A stretch of 50,854 bases of DNA, taken from the IMG/VR virus record IMGVR_UViG_3300026968_000004, positions 1-50,854 of that record. One strand, 5' to 3'. The notes under the pieces are model-generated. The model saw only the letters and a list, made by a program, of their open reading frames with translations, searched no databases and was not told where the DNA came from. Shown piece after piece: positions 18,707 to 27,752 of this stretch. Source of the stretch: a virus. Its lineage: Duplodnaviria > Caudoviricetes. Numbering within the stretch: position 1 is the stretch's first letter; the number at the start of each line of letters is the position of its first letter. Position numbers and translations under genes: made by a program.

Positions 18707-18707
18707 C

Positions 18708-19391
18708 ATGTGGAGTACATTAAAGAGCTTCTATGATTCTAAAGAGTGGAAGAAATTCAGAAAGATGATTATATTGCAACGTGGTCCTGTATGCGAAGAT
18801 TGTGGAAAGCTTATTACAGAGCATAAACAAATAGAGGTACATCATGAAGAAATCTTAACACTTAACAATGTCAATGATGCCATGGTATCTCTTAATCCAG
18901 ATAAAGTTAAAATCTTATGTAATGGCTGTCATAATAAAAGACATGATAGATTCCAAGGTGGACATAAGAAGAAAGACAAGAATGTTTACATTGTCTATGG
19001 ACCACCATGTTCAGGTAAAACAACTTATGTACTAGAAAATAAATCAGATAATGACATAGTAGTTGATATGGATAGACTATATGAAGCTGTCACTTTATTA
19101 CCAAGATATAATAAACCTGATAAGTTATTATTTAATATCATCAGTGTTCAAAAGGCTTTGATAGATAATATAAAAACTAGATATGGTAAATGGAATAATG
19201 CCTGGGTAATAGGTGGTTATGCAGATAAGTACAAGAGAGACAGACTGGTAAAGGAACTAGGTGCAGAACTTATTTTAATTGATACAGCCAAAGATGAATG
19301 CTTAAGTAGATTAAAGAGTTGTAATGATGGTAGAAGCATAAAGGAATATTCATCATACATAGATAAATGGTTTAGGAGTTATAAAGAATAA
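18708..19391 (+). CDS. HNH endonuclease fused to a P-loop domain
   Basis: FYDSKEW, CEDC, VHHE, LCNGCHNKRH; then YGPPCSGKTT Walker A. Confidence 0.9.
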   Translation: MWSTLKSFYDSKEWKKFRKMIILQRGPVCEDCGKLITEHKQIEVHHEEILTLNNVNDAMVSLNPDKVKILCNGCHNKRHDRFQGGHKKKDKNVYIVYGPPCSGKTTYVLENKSDNDIVVDMDRLYEAVTLLPRYNKPDKLLFNIISVQKALIDNIKTRYGKWNNAWVIGGYADKYKRDRLVKELGAELILIDTAKDECLSRLKSCNDGRSIKEYSSYIDKWFRSYKE

Positions 19392-19432
19392 TGAAGAGGT
19401 TGTGAGGATGGATAACAAAAAAGATTATTGAT

Positions 19433-19480
19433 CCCCCCCATGAATAGTAATAGGGCAACACCGAAAGACCGTAGGGGGGA
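19433..19480. other. Candidate cos-site region
   Basis: C-run ... G-run (CCCCCCC...ACCGTAGGGGGG) between HNH and terS, the usual position in HK97-type cos phages. Confidence 0.5.
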
Positions 19481-19535
19481 AGGTATTTCTCACAGCAAAC
19501 TAAAAATTTGAAAATCGGTGGAGGTTTTTAGAAAA

Positions 19536-19883
19536 GTGGAAAAATCACAAGTATATAAAAAGGAGTATGAGAAATTATCCAACATCTTTAAAGATGTAGA
19601 AGATAATCAAAGAGAACTTGTACAGGGTCTTATAGAAGATGCTGCTTTTTTATATGCTGCAAATCATGACTTGAAAGAAATTATGGAAGATATCGGTATG
19701 GTGAAAGTACATCCTACCAATAAAAGCTTACAGAAAACATTTGAATCAAGTAAGCAGTTCCTGAAGAATGTTAATACCTACTCAACAGTAATAAAGACCC
19801 TTAACAGTATTTTGAATAGAAATGCTATTGAAGAAGATGATGCTTTTGACAAGTGGATAAAAGAAAAGCAGCAAGTGAAGTGA
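19536..19883 (+). CDS. Terminase small subunit (P27-like)
   Basis: LIEDAAFL...VHP...YSTVIKTL...DDAFD; directly upstream of terL. Confidence 0.75.
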   Translation: MEKSQVYKKEYEKLSNIFKDVEDNQRELVQGLIEDAAFLYAANHDLKEIMEDIGMVKVHPTNKSLQKTFESSKQFLKNVNTYSTVIKTLNSILNRNAIEEDDAFDKWIKEKQQVK

Positions 19884-19887
19884 TGAA

Positions 19888-21615
19888 ATGGCAAATATAA
19901 ATTTAATCCTTAACACCATTGATGATGAACATTCATATTTACTTGAATACTACAATAAAGCCATAAAAGGTTTTGAATCCTTGAATCATGCACCTGTAGA
20001 TATTAAGAACCTAATAAAAAAAGGTGAAATAGTAATCATAGGTCAGGAGCTGATGACCTGCCTTGAAAACTTAATAAATGACTTGGATAATCCTGATTAC
20101 TACTATGATATTTCAGTTTCAGAACTAAGGACAGAGTTTATAGAAACATTCTGTAAACATACAAAGTCACCATTCTATGGGAAACCATTCATATTAGAAT
20201 TATGGGAAAAGGCTTTAATAGAAGTTATATATTCATTCAGATGGTCAGATACAAAGTTAAGACGTTTCAAGAAAGTGATACTTCTTATTGGACGAAAGAA
20301 TGGAAAGTCAGCAATATGTGGAGCATTAAGTATGGCTGAATTTATGTGTGGTAATGGTGGTGCTGATTTGATATGTTCATCAAATGATGATAACCAGGCA
20401 AGCATCATTTATGATGAAATCAATACAATGAGAGAGATATTTGACCCTAAAGAGAAAAGGACCCATAAAAATCAGAAGGGTATGTTTAACCTGATTAACA
20501 GGTCCAGTATTAAAAAACTATCTGACAGGACCAGGAACAAAGAAGGAAGAAATATTGATTTTGCTATATTAGATGAAAGTCACGAGATGAAAGATAATAT
20601 CATAGCCAAATCAATAGAGCAATCTCAATCAACAAAAGATGAACCATTATTTATTAATATAACCACAGAAGGATTCATAAATGACGGATATCTTGATGAA
20701 GAACTGAAATATGGAAGAGAAGTATTAAATGGTGAAAGAGAAGATCCTGATATTTTAGTTTGGTTATATACTCAGGATTCAGAAGAAGAAATATTCCAAG
20801 ATGAAATAAGTTGGTATAAAGCAAATCCTAATCTTGGAGTATGCAAAAAAGAAGCTTACCTGGTATCACAGATAAGAAGTGCACAAGCTAAAAGGTCAGA
20901 TAGAGTTTTTGTACTAGCGAAAGACTTCAATGTCAAGCAGACCAGTGCTGCCAAGTGGCTTGAAGAAGCAGACATAAACAATGATGAAACATTTGATTAT
21001 GAAGAGTTTAGAGGTTGCTTTGGTTTCAGTAGTACCGACTTATCAGAAACAACAGACCTGACAAGTTCCAAGGTCCTGATAATGAAACCTAACAGCAACA
21101 AGAAATACATAATATCTAAGTACTTCATTCCTGAATCAAAATTAAATTCTAAGGAAGCACCTTATAAAGAATGGGTTGAAGCAGGATACATTACAAAAAG
21201 TGAAGGAAATGATATTGATTACTCCAAGATCACTCAGTGGCATGAAGAACTATGGAAGAAATACAAGATAAGGATATTCAAAGCTGGATGTGATAAATGG
21301 AATGCTAAATACTGGCGTAAAGAAATGGATGAAAAGCTTGATATAGATGTTGAGAATGTACCAATGGACAAATATACATTATCCAATCCAATGAAGTCTG
21401 TAGAAGCTGATTTCAAAGACGGTCTAATAATATATAACAGTAATCCAGTTGATAGATGGTGCTTATTGAATACCTGTCTGAAAGTAGATAAAGAAGGATT
21501 GATATATCCTATAAAATCATCAGATGCTACACAAAGAATAGATGGTTCAGTAACATTGATAATCTTATATGTATTACTTAAAAGATATCGAACAGAATAC
21601 ATGAACATCATTTAG
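19888..21615 (+). CDS. terL: Terminase large subunit
   Basis: GRKNGKS Walker A, ILDESH Walker B, ITTEG, DLSETTDLT, RIDG nuclease motifs. Confidence 0.96.
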   Translation: MANINLILNTIDDEHSYLLEYYNKAIKGFESLNHAPVDIKNLIKKGEIVIIGQELMTCLENLINDLDNPDYYYDISVSELRTEFIETFCKHTKSPFYGKPFILELWEKALIEVIYSFRWSDTKLRRFKKVILLIGRKNGKSAICGALSMAEFMCGNGGADLICSSNDDNQASIIYDEINTMREIFDPKEKRTHKNQKGMFNLINRSSIKKLSDRTRNKEGRNIDFAILDESHEMKDNIIAKSIEQSQSTKDEPLFINITTEGFINDGYLDEELKYGREVLNGEREDPDILVWLYTQDSEEEIFQDEISWYKANPNLGVCKKEAYLVSQIRSAQAKRSDRVFVLAKDFNVKQTSAAKWLEEADINNDETFDYEEFRGCFGFSSTDLSETTDLTSSKVLIMKPNSNKKYIISKYFIPESKLNSKEAPYKEWVEAGYITKSEGNDIDYSKITQWHEELWKKYKIRIFKAGCDKWNAKYWRKEMDEKLDIDVENVPMDKYTLSNPMKSVEADFKDGLIIYNSNPVDRWCLLNTCLKVDKEGLIYPIKSSDATQRIDGSVTLIILYVLLKRYRTEYMNII

Positions 21616-21631
21616 GAGGAGGTGAGGAAAG

Positions 21632-22846
21632 CTGGGACTGATTAATACACTAACAAAATTCAAGAACAAACGAAGGATAACAAGATACGCTAGATTCATG
21701 AATGGAAACGTGCCTATATTCTCACAGTTTGGAGAGAACATATATGCATCCGATATTGTACAAGATTGTATCAACTGCATTGCAACAGAGTGTAGTAAAC
21801 TGATGCCTAAACATATTAGGAATGATCCAAACGGTATGCAGGTAAGAGTAAATAGTGAACTTAACAGGTTATTCAAGTTTTCACCTAATGAACTAATGAC
21901 GACAAAAGACTTCTTGGAAAAGATAGTATGGCAGCTGTATTTAAACTACAATGTTTTCATATATCCTACGTATAAAGATGGAAAGTACACTGGTTTTTAT
22001 CCATTAGACCCTAAATTGGTTACATTCAAGCAGGATGAAAGAAACAGGATGTTTGTAGAAATGAGATTCGCAAATGGAGATAACTACACACTTCCATATG
22101 AAAGCCTTATACACTTAAGACTAAGGTATTCGGTTAATGAAGTAATGGGTGGAGGTATGAATGGACAGCCTGACAATGAAGCCTTAATAAAGATACTTCA
22201 AACTAATGATACAGTAATAGAAGGTTTGGATAAGGCAATTAAAACATCATTACAAATAAGAGGTATATATAAATATGGTTCAATGGTTGATGAAGATAAA
22301 CTTATAAGTGAAAAAGATAAGTTTGAAAAAAGGATTGCAAGTGGTGAAACAGGTATTCTTCCAATGGATGTCAAAGGTGAATATATTCCTATAACGGTTG
22401 ACCCGAAGATCATAGATAAAGATACCATGGGATTTTTGGAAATGAAAGTTCTTAAGTGGTTTGGAGTATCACTGCCTATCTTGACAGGAGATTTTACAGA
22501 TGAACAATACCAGGCATTCTATGAAAAAACTATTGAACCATTGGTAATCAGTTTAGGTCAGGCATTTTCTAAAACTATATTCAGTAAAGAAAAGCTGAAC
22601 CATGGGAATGAAATAGTGTTCTATCCTCAAAAACTACTATTTACCAATGTTAGAAACAAAATAGCGGTTGCAGATATTCTAGGGAACAGAGGGGCATTGA
22701 CAAACAATGCTTTATTAGAGTTATTTGGTTATCCTCCATACATAGGTGGGGATGAAAGATATATGAGTCTTAATTATGTTGATGTTAATATAGCTAATCA
22801 ATATCAATTAAATAAAGCAAGAATGGAGGGAAAAAAAGATGGATAA
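21632..22846 (+). CDS. HK97-family portal protein
   Basis: CIATECSKL, PNELMT, IHLR, FGVS motifs; frame extends to a CTG at 21632 behind GGAGGTG. Confidence 0.92.
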   Translation: MGLINTLTKFKNKRRITRYARFMNGNVPIFSQFGENIYASDIVQDCINCIATECSKLMPKHIRNDPNGMQVRVNSELNRLFKFSPNELMTTKDFLEKIVWQLYLNYNVFIYPTYKDGKYTGFYPLDPKLVTFKQDERNRMFVEMRFANGDNYTLPYESLIHLRLRYSVNEVMGGGMNGQPDNEALIKILQTNDTVIEGLDKAIKTSLQIRGIYKYGSMVDEDKLISEKDKFEKRIASGETGILPMDVKGEYIPITVDPKIIDKDTMGFLEMKVLKWFGVSLPILTGDFTDEQYQAFYEKTIEPLVISLGQAFSKTIFSKEKLNHGNEIVFYPQKLLFTNVRNKIAVADILGNRGALTNNALLELFGYPPYIGGDERYMSLNYVDVNIANQYQLNKARMEGKKDG

Positions 22847-23483
22847 AGAACAGCTACCTAAAAAAGACATAGAAGTCATAAGAAGTTTTGGCTTCCCAGA
22901 CATCAGGGTAAGTGAAGAAGGAACTTACATAGACGGTCATGCAGCAGTATACAATCAAAGAACTAATATAGGCGATTGGTTCTATGAAGTCATTGAAAGA
23001 GGAGCATTTGATGATACTGATTTTGATGATGTACTCTTCAGTGCCAATCATGAATGGCATAAGATACCTTTAGCAAGAAGCAGGAAAGATGAAGGAAATT
23101 CAACAATGCAGTTAAAGGTAGATGAAAAGGGTTTGTATGTAAAAGCCGATCTAGACGTTGATAACAACGTTGAAGCAAAAAGTTTATACAGTGCTGTAAA
23201 AAGGGGAGACATTAATGGAATGTCTTTTATTTTTTACGTTGAAGAAGAACGATGGACTGATCTTGATAGTGATATGCCTACAAGATACATTTTAAAGATT
23301 GCAAAAGTAAGAGAAGTAAGTGCTGTCAATTACCCAGCTTATGAGGGTACTGATATAAATGCTCGTGACAAAAAAGCGTTGGATAACGCTAAAGCCATTT
23401 TGGATAATGGAAGGTCACAAGAGTTGGATAAATCTAAAGAGCTGAAAATATTAAAATTAAGAACACAGATATTATCAAAATAA
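22839..23483 (+). CDS. HK97-family prohead protease
   Basis: GHAAVYN, EVIERGAF, NHE, GMSFIF, EVSAVNYPAY. Confidence 0.95.
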   Translation: MDKEQLPKKDIEVIRSFGFPDIRVSEEGTYIDGHAAVYNQRTNIGDWFYEVIERGAFDDTDFDDVLFSANHEWHKIPLARSRKDEGNSTMQLKVDEKGLYVKADLDVDNNVEAKSLYSAVKRGDINGMSFIFYVEEERWTDLDSDMPTRYILKIAKVREVSAVNYPAYEGTDINARDKKALDNAKAILDNGRSQELDKSKELKILKLRTQILSK

Positions 23484-23503
23484 GAAAGGTAAAGGTGAAG
23501 AAT

Positions 23504-24811
23504 ATGAATAAAGACTTATTATTAAAAATGTTAAATACAAAAGAAGGAAGAAAAAAAGAACTAAGATGTAAAGCAGAAAAAACTGAAGAAATAGCAGAAT
23601 TGAGAAGTATAAATAAAGAGTTAGACGGAATAAATGAAGATATAGAACAATTAAGAAATATGATTAAGGCTATTGAAAATGAGGAAAGAGAAGAAGTTCA
23701 AAACAAAAATGAAGAAGAATTAGAAAAAAGAGAGCAGGAGAACATTGAAGAAAAAAGAAATGCATTACCAGTAGGAGGATTCAATCCATTAGCTACATAC
23801 ACAAAACCTGATGAAGAAAGAGCAGAAATAGAAAAGAAATATGAACAGAGAGGGCAAACATTGAAAGATGGTAAAGCAGTAAAATTCAGTACTGATGAAA
23901 TGCCAACTTTCAGAGCTGTATCACTAGGAAGCGGTAAGCTTGTCAATGAAGATAAATACAGTAGAGACATAAACAAAACATTCAATGAAGTATCAGGGCT
24001 AATTGACAAGGTACATGCTGTACCACTACAGGGTGGAGAAAGTTATTCAAAGGCTTTTGAAAAATCAAGTGGTGAAGGTGACTATACAACAGAAGATGGT
24101 GAGTATCATGATGCAGATCCAGAATTTGATTATGTATCCATAGGAAAAGCAAAAATAACAGCTTATACAGAGATTACAGATGAAGCCAAGAAATTACCAA
24201 ATATTCAATATCAGACTTTAGTTAGAAACAGTATTGAAAAATCACTTAGAAAGAAAATAACTAAACAGATTGTATTAGGAGCAGGAGGTTCAAATGCAAT
24301 AACAGGTATTTTCAATGCACCAGCAAAAGTCATTCCATCAGGTGATGGAGAAGAAGTAGAAATATCTGAAATTGATAAAGATACACTAGATAAAATAGTA
24401 TTTGGGTATGGTGGAGATGAAGATGTTGAAGGAGACGCTTATTTAATCTTAAATAAATTAGACCTTGCTAAATTTGCAGCTATAAGAGGAACAGACGATA
24501 AGAAACTTTATAAGATTGAGTTAAATGGAAACACTGGAACAATATCATCAGACGATAGTTTCAAAGTTCCTTTTATCATTAACAGTGGTTGTCCTGCACT
24601 CTCATCAACTAAAACAGCAGCAGATACTTTATGTATGGCATATGGAAAATTAGAAGGTTATGAAATGCCTGTATTCTCAGATATAGAAGTAGAAGAATCA
24701 AGAGATTATAAATTTAAAACTGGACAAATAGCTTATCGTGGCTCAGTATGGATTGGTGGTAATGTAGCAATGTATAAAGGTTTCGTAAGAGTCAAGAAGA
24801 TAACTGCTTAA
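23504..24811 (+). CDS. Major capsid protein (HK97 fold, N-terminal delta domain)
   Basis: Coiled-coil N-terminus, position after protease, FKTGQIAYRG C-terminal motif. Confidence 0.92.
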   Translation: MNKDLLLKMLNTKEGRKKELRCKAEKTEEIAELRSINKELDGINEDIEQLRNMIKAIENEEREEVQNKNEEELEKREQENIEEKRNALPVGGFNPLATYTKPDEERAEIEKKYEQRGQTLKDGKAVKFSTDEMPTFRAVSLGSGKLVNEDKYSRDINKTFNEVSGLIDKVHAVPLQGGESYSKAFEKSSGEGDYTTEDGEYHDADPEFDYVSIGKAKITAYTEITDEAKKLPNIQYQTLVRNSIEKSLRKKITKQIVLGAGGSNAITGIFNAPAKVIPSGDGEEVEISEIDKDTLDKIVFGYGGDEDVEGDAYLILNKLDLAKFAAIRGTDDKKLYKIELNGNTGTISSDDSFKVPFIINSGCPALSSTKTAADTLCMAYGKLEGYEMPVFSDIEVEESRDYKFKTGQIAYRGSVWIGGNVAMYKGFVRVKKITA

Positions 24812-24824
24812 GGAGGGATGATAA

Positions 24825-25172
24825 ATGGCTAATAAAAAGAAAACTAGTAAAAATAAGATAGATGAAAAAACAACTGAACAAGAGACTGTAACAAAAGATA
24901 AACCAGAAGAAGATAATAATGAGGTTGAAGTAACTATCAAAGAGGACAAAGCAACTAAAAAGAAAACTGTTGCAAAAGATAAGCCTGATATAGAGAATGA
25001 TGAAGTTGAAGTTATTAAGGAAGAGGGCAATACAATTATAGTAAAAGCTAAAAAAGGTTTGAGTATAGGACAGTTTGAATTATTATCACAAATGCTTAAA
25101 TCAGAAAATAAAAAGACGGAATATGAAATTGTATTGATGCCATATTCCGTAGATACAGTTGACATTAAATAG
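24825..25172 (+). CDS. Hypothetical acidic/Lys-rich head-associated protein
   Basis: Internal repeat KDKP...EVEV.IKE. Confidence 0.7.
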   Translation: MANKKKTSKNKIDEKTTEQETVTKDKPEEDNNEVEVTIKEDKATKKKTVAKDKPDIENDEVEVIKEEGNTIIVKAKKGLSIGQFELLSQMLKSENKKTEYEIVLMPYSVDTVDIK

Positions 25173-25205
25173 AGAAGGTTGATTCCTTCTCTCTTTTAGA
25201 ATGGA

Positions 25206-25475
25206 GTGATAACCTTGATAGTTTCCCTTGAAGAGGTAAAACAACACCTTAGGATAGAAACAGATGAAGATGATATCAGTATACAAACAATGATTCATGC
25301 AGCAGAAAGTTTTATTAGATCATCTACAGATTCAGTTATTGATGATAAGGATAACCGGGCTAAAATGATATGCCTGTTTTTAATAGCTGACATGTATGAG
25401 AATAGAGGACTTGCCAGTGAAAAAGGAAACAGTGGCATAAGAGAAATTGCAAAGATGATGTTACTGCAGTTGTAA
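25206..25475 (+). CDS. Head-tail connector (gp6-like)
   Basis: SLEEVKQHLRI..DEDD...YENR. Confidence 0.9.
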   Translation: MITLIVSLEEVKQHLRIETDEDDISIQTMIHAAESFIRSSTDSVIDDKDNRAKMICLFLIADMYENRGLASEKGNSGIREIAKMMLLQL

Positions 25476-25490
25476 AGTGAGGGATGATTT

Positions 25491-25820
25491 ATGGACCCAG
25501 GAGAATTAAGAGATAGAATACCTTTTCTTAAGAAGAAAGACAGTGATGCATTAGATTTTACAGATGATGGATATAAGCAATATAAGACTATATGGGCTAA
25601 GGTTAAATATATGAGTACAAAAGAGACATTTAAGTCTGATGCCAGTAATGTACTTAATGTAGTCAATCTCATAATTAGAGCAAGAAATGACATAACCAAT
25701 GATATGAGATTCTTACTTGATGGAATGCAATATGAGATAAAAGGTATACGTCCATTCGATAAAAGAAAAATGTATCTTATAGTAACAGGGGAGTTGAATA
25801 AGAATGAGCGACCAAGTTAA
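25491..25820 (+). CDS. Head closure protein
   Basis: MDPGELRDRI...IWAKV...IR..DITNDMR...YEI. Confidence 0.88.
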   Translation: MDPGELRDRIPFLKKKDSDALDFTDDGYKQYKTIWAKVKYMSTKETFKSDASNVLNVVNLIIRARNDITNDMRFLLDGMQYEIKGIRPFDKRKMYLIVTGELNKNERPS

Positions 25821-26202
25821 TATTTCTTTCAACTTTGATAACCTTATTAAAGAATTTGAAAACATGGGTAAGGATATAGAAAAGATTGAAAGAAGGACCA
25901 CTCTTAAAGCAGGTAAAGTTGTTGCAGATAAGTTACAAGATAATGCTGTAAGGTCTGATGTTGAAAAAGAGGATTATATCCATATGAAAGACAATGTGAA
26001 GATATCTTCTCTTAAAAAAGATGATGAACTTAATAAAACCAGAAGTATTCATTTTGGAAAGCTTCAATACAAAGCAAAATGGCGAGAGTATGGAACTAGT
26101 TTGCAGGACCCTGACTTCTTGCTAAGTAGAACAGTTAAAGAGACAGAAGATGAAGTAAAACAAATAACAGATAATGATATCAAGAAGGCTTTAGGAATGT
26201 AG
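25804..26202 (+). CDS. HK97 gp10-like tail component
   Basis: HMKDNV...EYGTS..P.FL. Confidence 0.85.
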   Translation: MSDQVNISFNFDNLIKEFENMGKDIEKIERRTTLKAGKVVADKLQDNAVRSDVEKEDYIHMKDNVKISSLKKDDELNKTRSIHFGKLQYKAKWREYGTSLQDPDFLLSRTVKETEDEVKQITDNDIKKALGM

Positions 26203-26210
26203 GTGATAAT

Positions 26211-26558
26211 TTGGAAGATATACGAGACATACTAAAAAATGCATTGAATGATATAGCCAAGACTCAGTGGATGATTCGCCCCAGCAGTTTTCCTTCAATA
26301 TCATTCAGGATAATCAGTGAAAAAGGTTCTGTTTTTACTACCAGTGGAGAAGAAACAGAATTTTTTATTCAAGTGGATATATGGACCAAGAAGTATATAG
26401 ATCATGTAAATATATCAAAACTAGTTAAACAAAAACTGATGTTCCTAGACTTCAGCAGACCTTCTGAGACAGAGGACTTTGAAAATGATACAAAGATATT
26501 TCATAGGATACAAAGATATTATTATCTAAAAAATAATGAAAGTGAGGTCATGACATGA
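26211..26558 (+). CDS. Tail terminator/completion protein
   Basis: IQVDIW...ENDTKIFH; synteny. Confidence 0.75.
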   Translation: MEDIRDILKNALNDIAKTQWMIRPSSFPSISFRIISEKGSVFTTSGEETEFFIQVDIWTKKYIDHVNISKLVKQKLMFLDFSRPSETEDFENDTKIFHRIQRYYYLKNNESEVMT

Positions 26559-27127
26559 AAAAACATGCAATACAAGATGTAAAAAACATCTATTATGCAC
26601 TAGTGACAGCAGATGATAATGGTACTATTACATATGCTGTACCAAAACTTTTATATGAAAGTGAACAGATAGATATTAGTGTTAATACCAGCACCATTAA
26701 AAAATACACAACTGGAGGTACTGACGTAATCAATGATTTTGAAGGTGGACAGATTGTAATAAAAACATATGGTATGGATAATGTCACAGTGGCAGAAGTA
26801 GAAGGACATGAAATAGATAGTAATGGTGTAGTTATTGAAAAGAGTGATGATGATCCGCCATATGTTGCTATCGGTTTTGAAGCCATCAAAAGAAATGGAG
26901 AAAGTAGATTCGTATGGTTGTTATACTGCAAGAAAAAACATGATAACGAAGAATATACAAAGAAAGCAGAAAAAACAGATCCAAAAAGTTCTACTCTTAC
27001 ATTTGAGGTAACAGAAAGAGCAGATAAACAATGGAAAAACGTAATTGATAGTGATGATACCAATGCACCAGATGATCTAAGGACTAAATGGTTTGAAAAA
27101 GTATATGATGGTACAGCTTGGGCTTAG
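26555..27127 (+). CDS. Major tail protein (phi13 family)
   Basis: IYYA...PPYVAIGFE...RFVWLLY...WFEKVY. Confidence 0.9.
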   Translation: MKKHAIQDVKNIYYALVTADDNGTITYAVPKLLYESEQIDISVNTSTIKKYTTGGTDVINDFEGGQIVIKTYGMDNVTVAEVEGHEIDSNGVVIEKSDDDPPYVAIGFEAIKRNGESRFVWLLYCKKKHDNEEYTKKAEKTDPKSSTLTFEVTERADKQWKNVIDSDDTNAPDDLRTKWFEKVYDGTAWA

Positions 27128-27169
27128 TATAACTAAGTCCTTTCTTTTACCTTGAAAGGAGTAAGGTTT

Positions 27170-27553
27170 TTGAAAAAGATAAATGTCAGACCTATAGAAA
27201 CTCTAGGTCTAGAATTTGAAGATGGAACAATAAAAGAATGTAAATTCAGTGCATACGCAATGATGATTCTTGATGAAGAATATGAGGGTTTCAGTAAAGT
27301 ATTTGATGATGCAGAGAACAAACCTTTCTTGAGTGGAGCGAAATTATTATATGCAGGTATGAAAGCATGTGGGAATGATGTAACATTTGAAGATGCAAAA
27401 AATGTAGTATGCAATATGACAGTGGAAAGTATAATAGATTTATTTTACTTTGCAGCAAGTACTATTGAAATCAAAGATGAAAAAAAGTTGAAAGTCCCAC
27501 AAGATCACAAAACAAAGAAAAAGACCAAGACCACGAACAAAAAGAAGAATTAG
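27170..27553 (+). CDS. Tail assembly chaperone (gpG-like)
   Basis: Between major tail protein and tape measure; contains slippery A AAA AAG at 27481-27487. Confidence 0.8.
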   Translation: MKKINVRPIETLGLEFEDGTIKECKFSAYAMMILDEEYEGFSKVFDDAENKPFLSGAKLLYAGMKACGNDVTFEDAKNVVCNMTVESIIDLFYFAASTIEIKDEKKLKVPQDHKTKKKTKTTNKKKN

Positions 27554-27741
27554 AACTTGATTGGGATTATCTGTATTATATGTACACTGTTAAGCTTAAT
27601 AAAAGTGATGAAGAATTCTGGAACAGCTATTTATGCAAGATATTTTCATTAATAGATATTTTTACAGAAGAAAAACAACACGAAAAAGATATTGCAGAGG
27701 GTAGAAATAATATTCAAGGCAGTATAGAAGACATATTATAA
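27481..27741 (+). CDS. gpGT-like C-terminal extension reached by -1 frameshift
   Basis: -1 frame open from the slippery site to TAA at 27741: ...LDWDYLYYMYTVKLNKSDEEFWNSYLCKIFSLI... Confidence 0.75.
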   Translation, partial: KKVESPTRSQNKEKDQDHEQKEELELDWDYLYYMYTVKLNKSDEEFWNSYLCKIFSLIDIFTEEKQHEKDIAEGRNNIQGSIEDIL

Positions 27742-27752
27742 GGGGGTGAACT

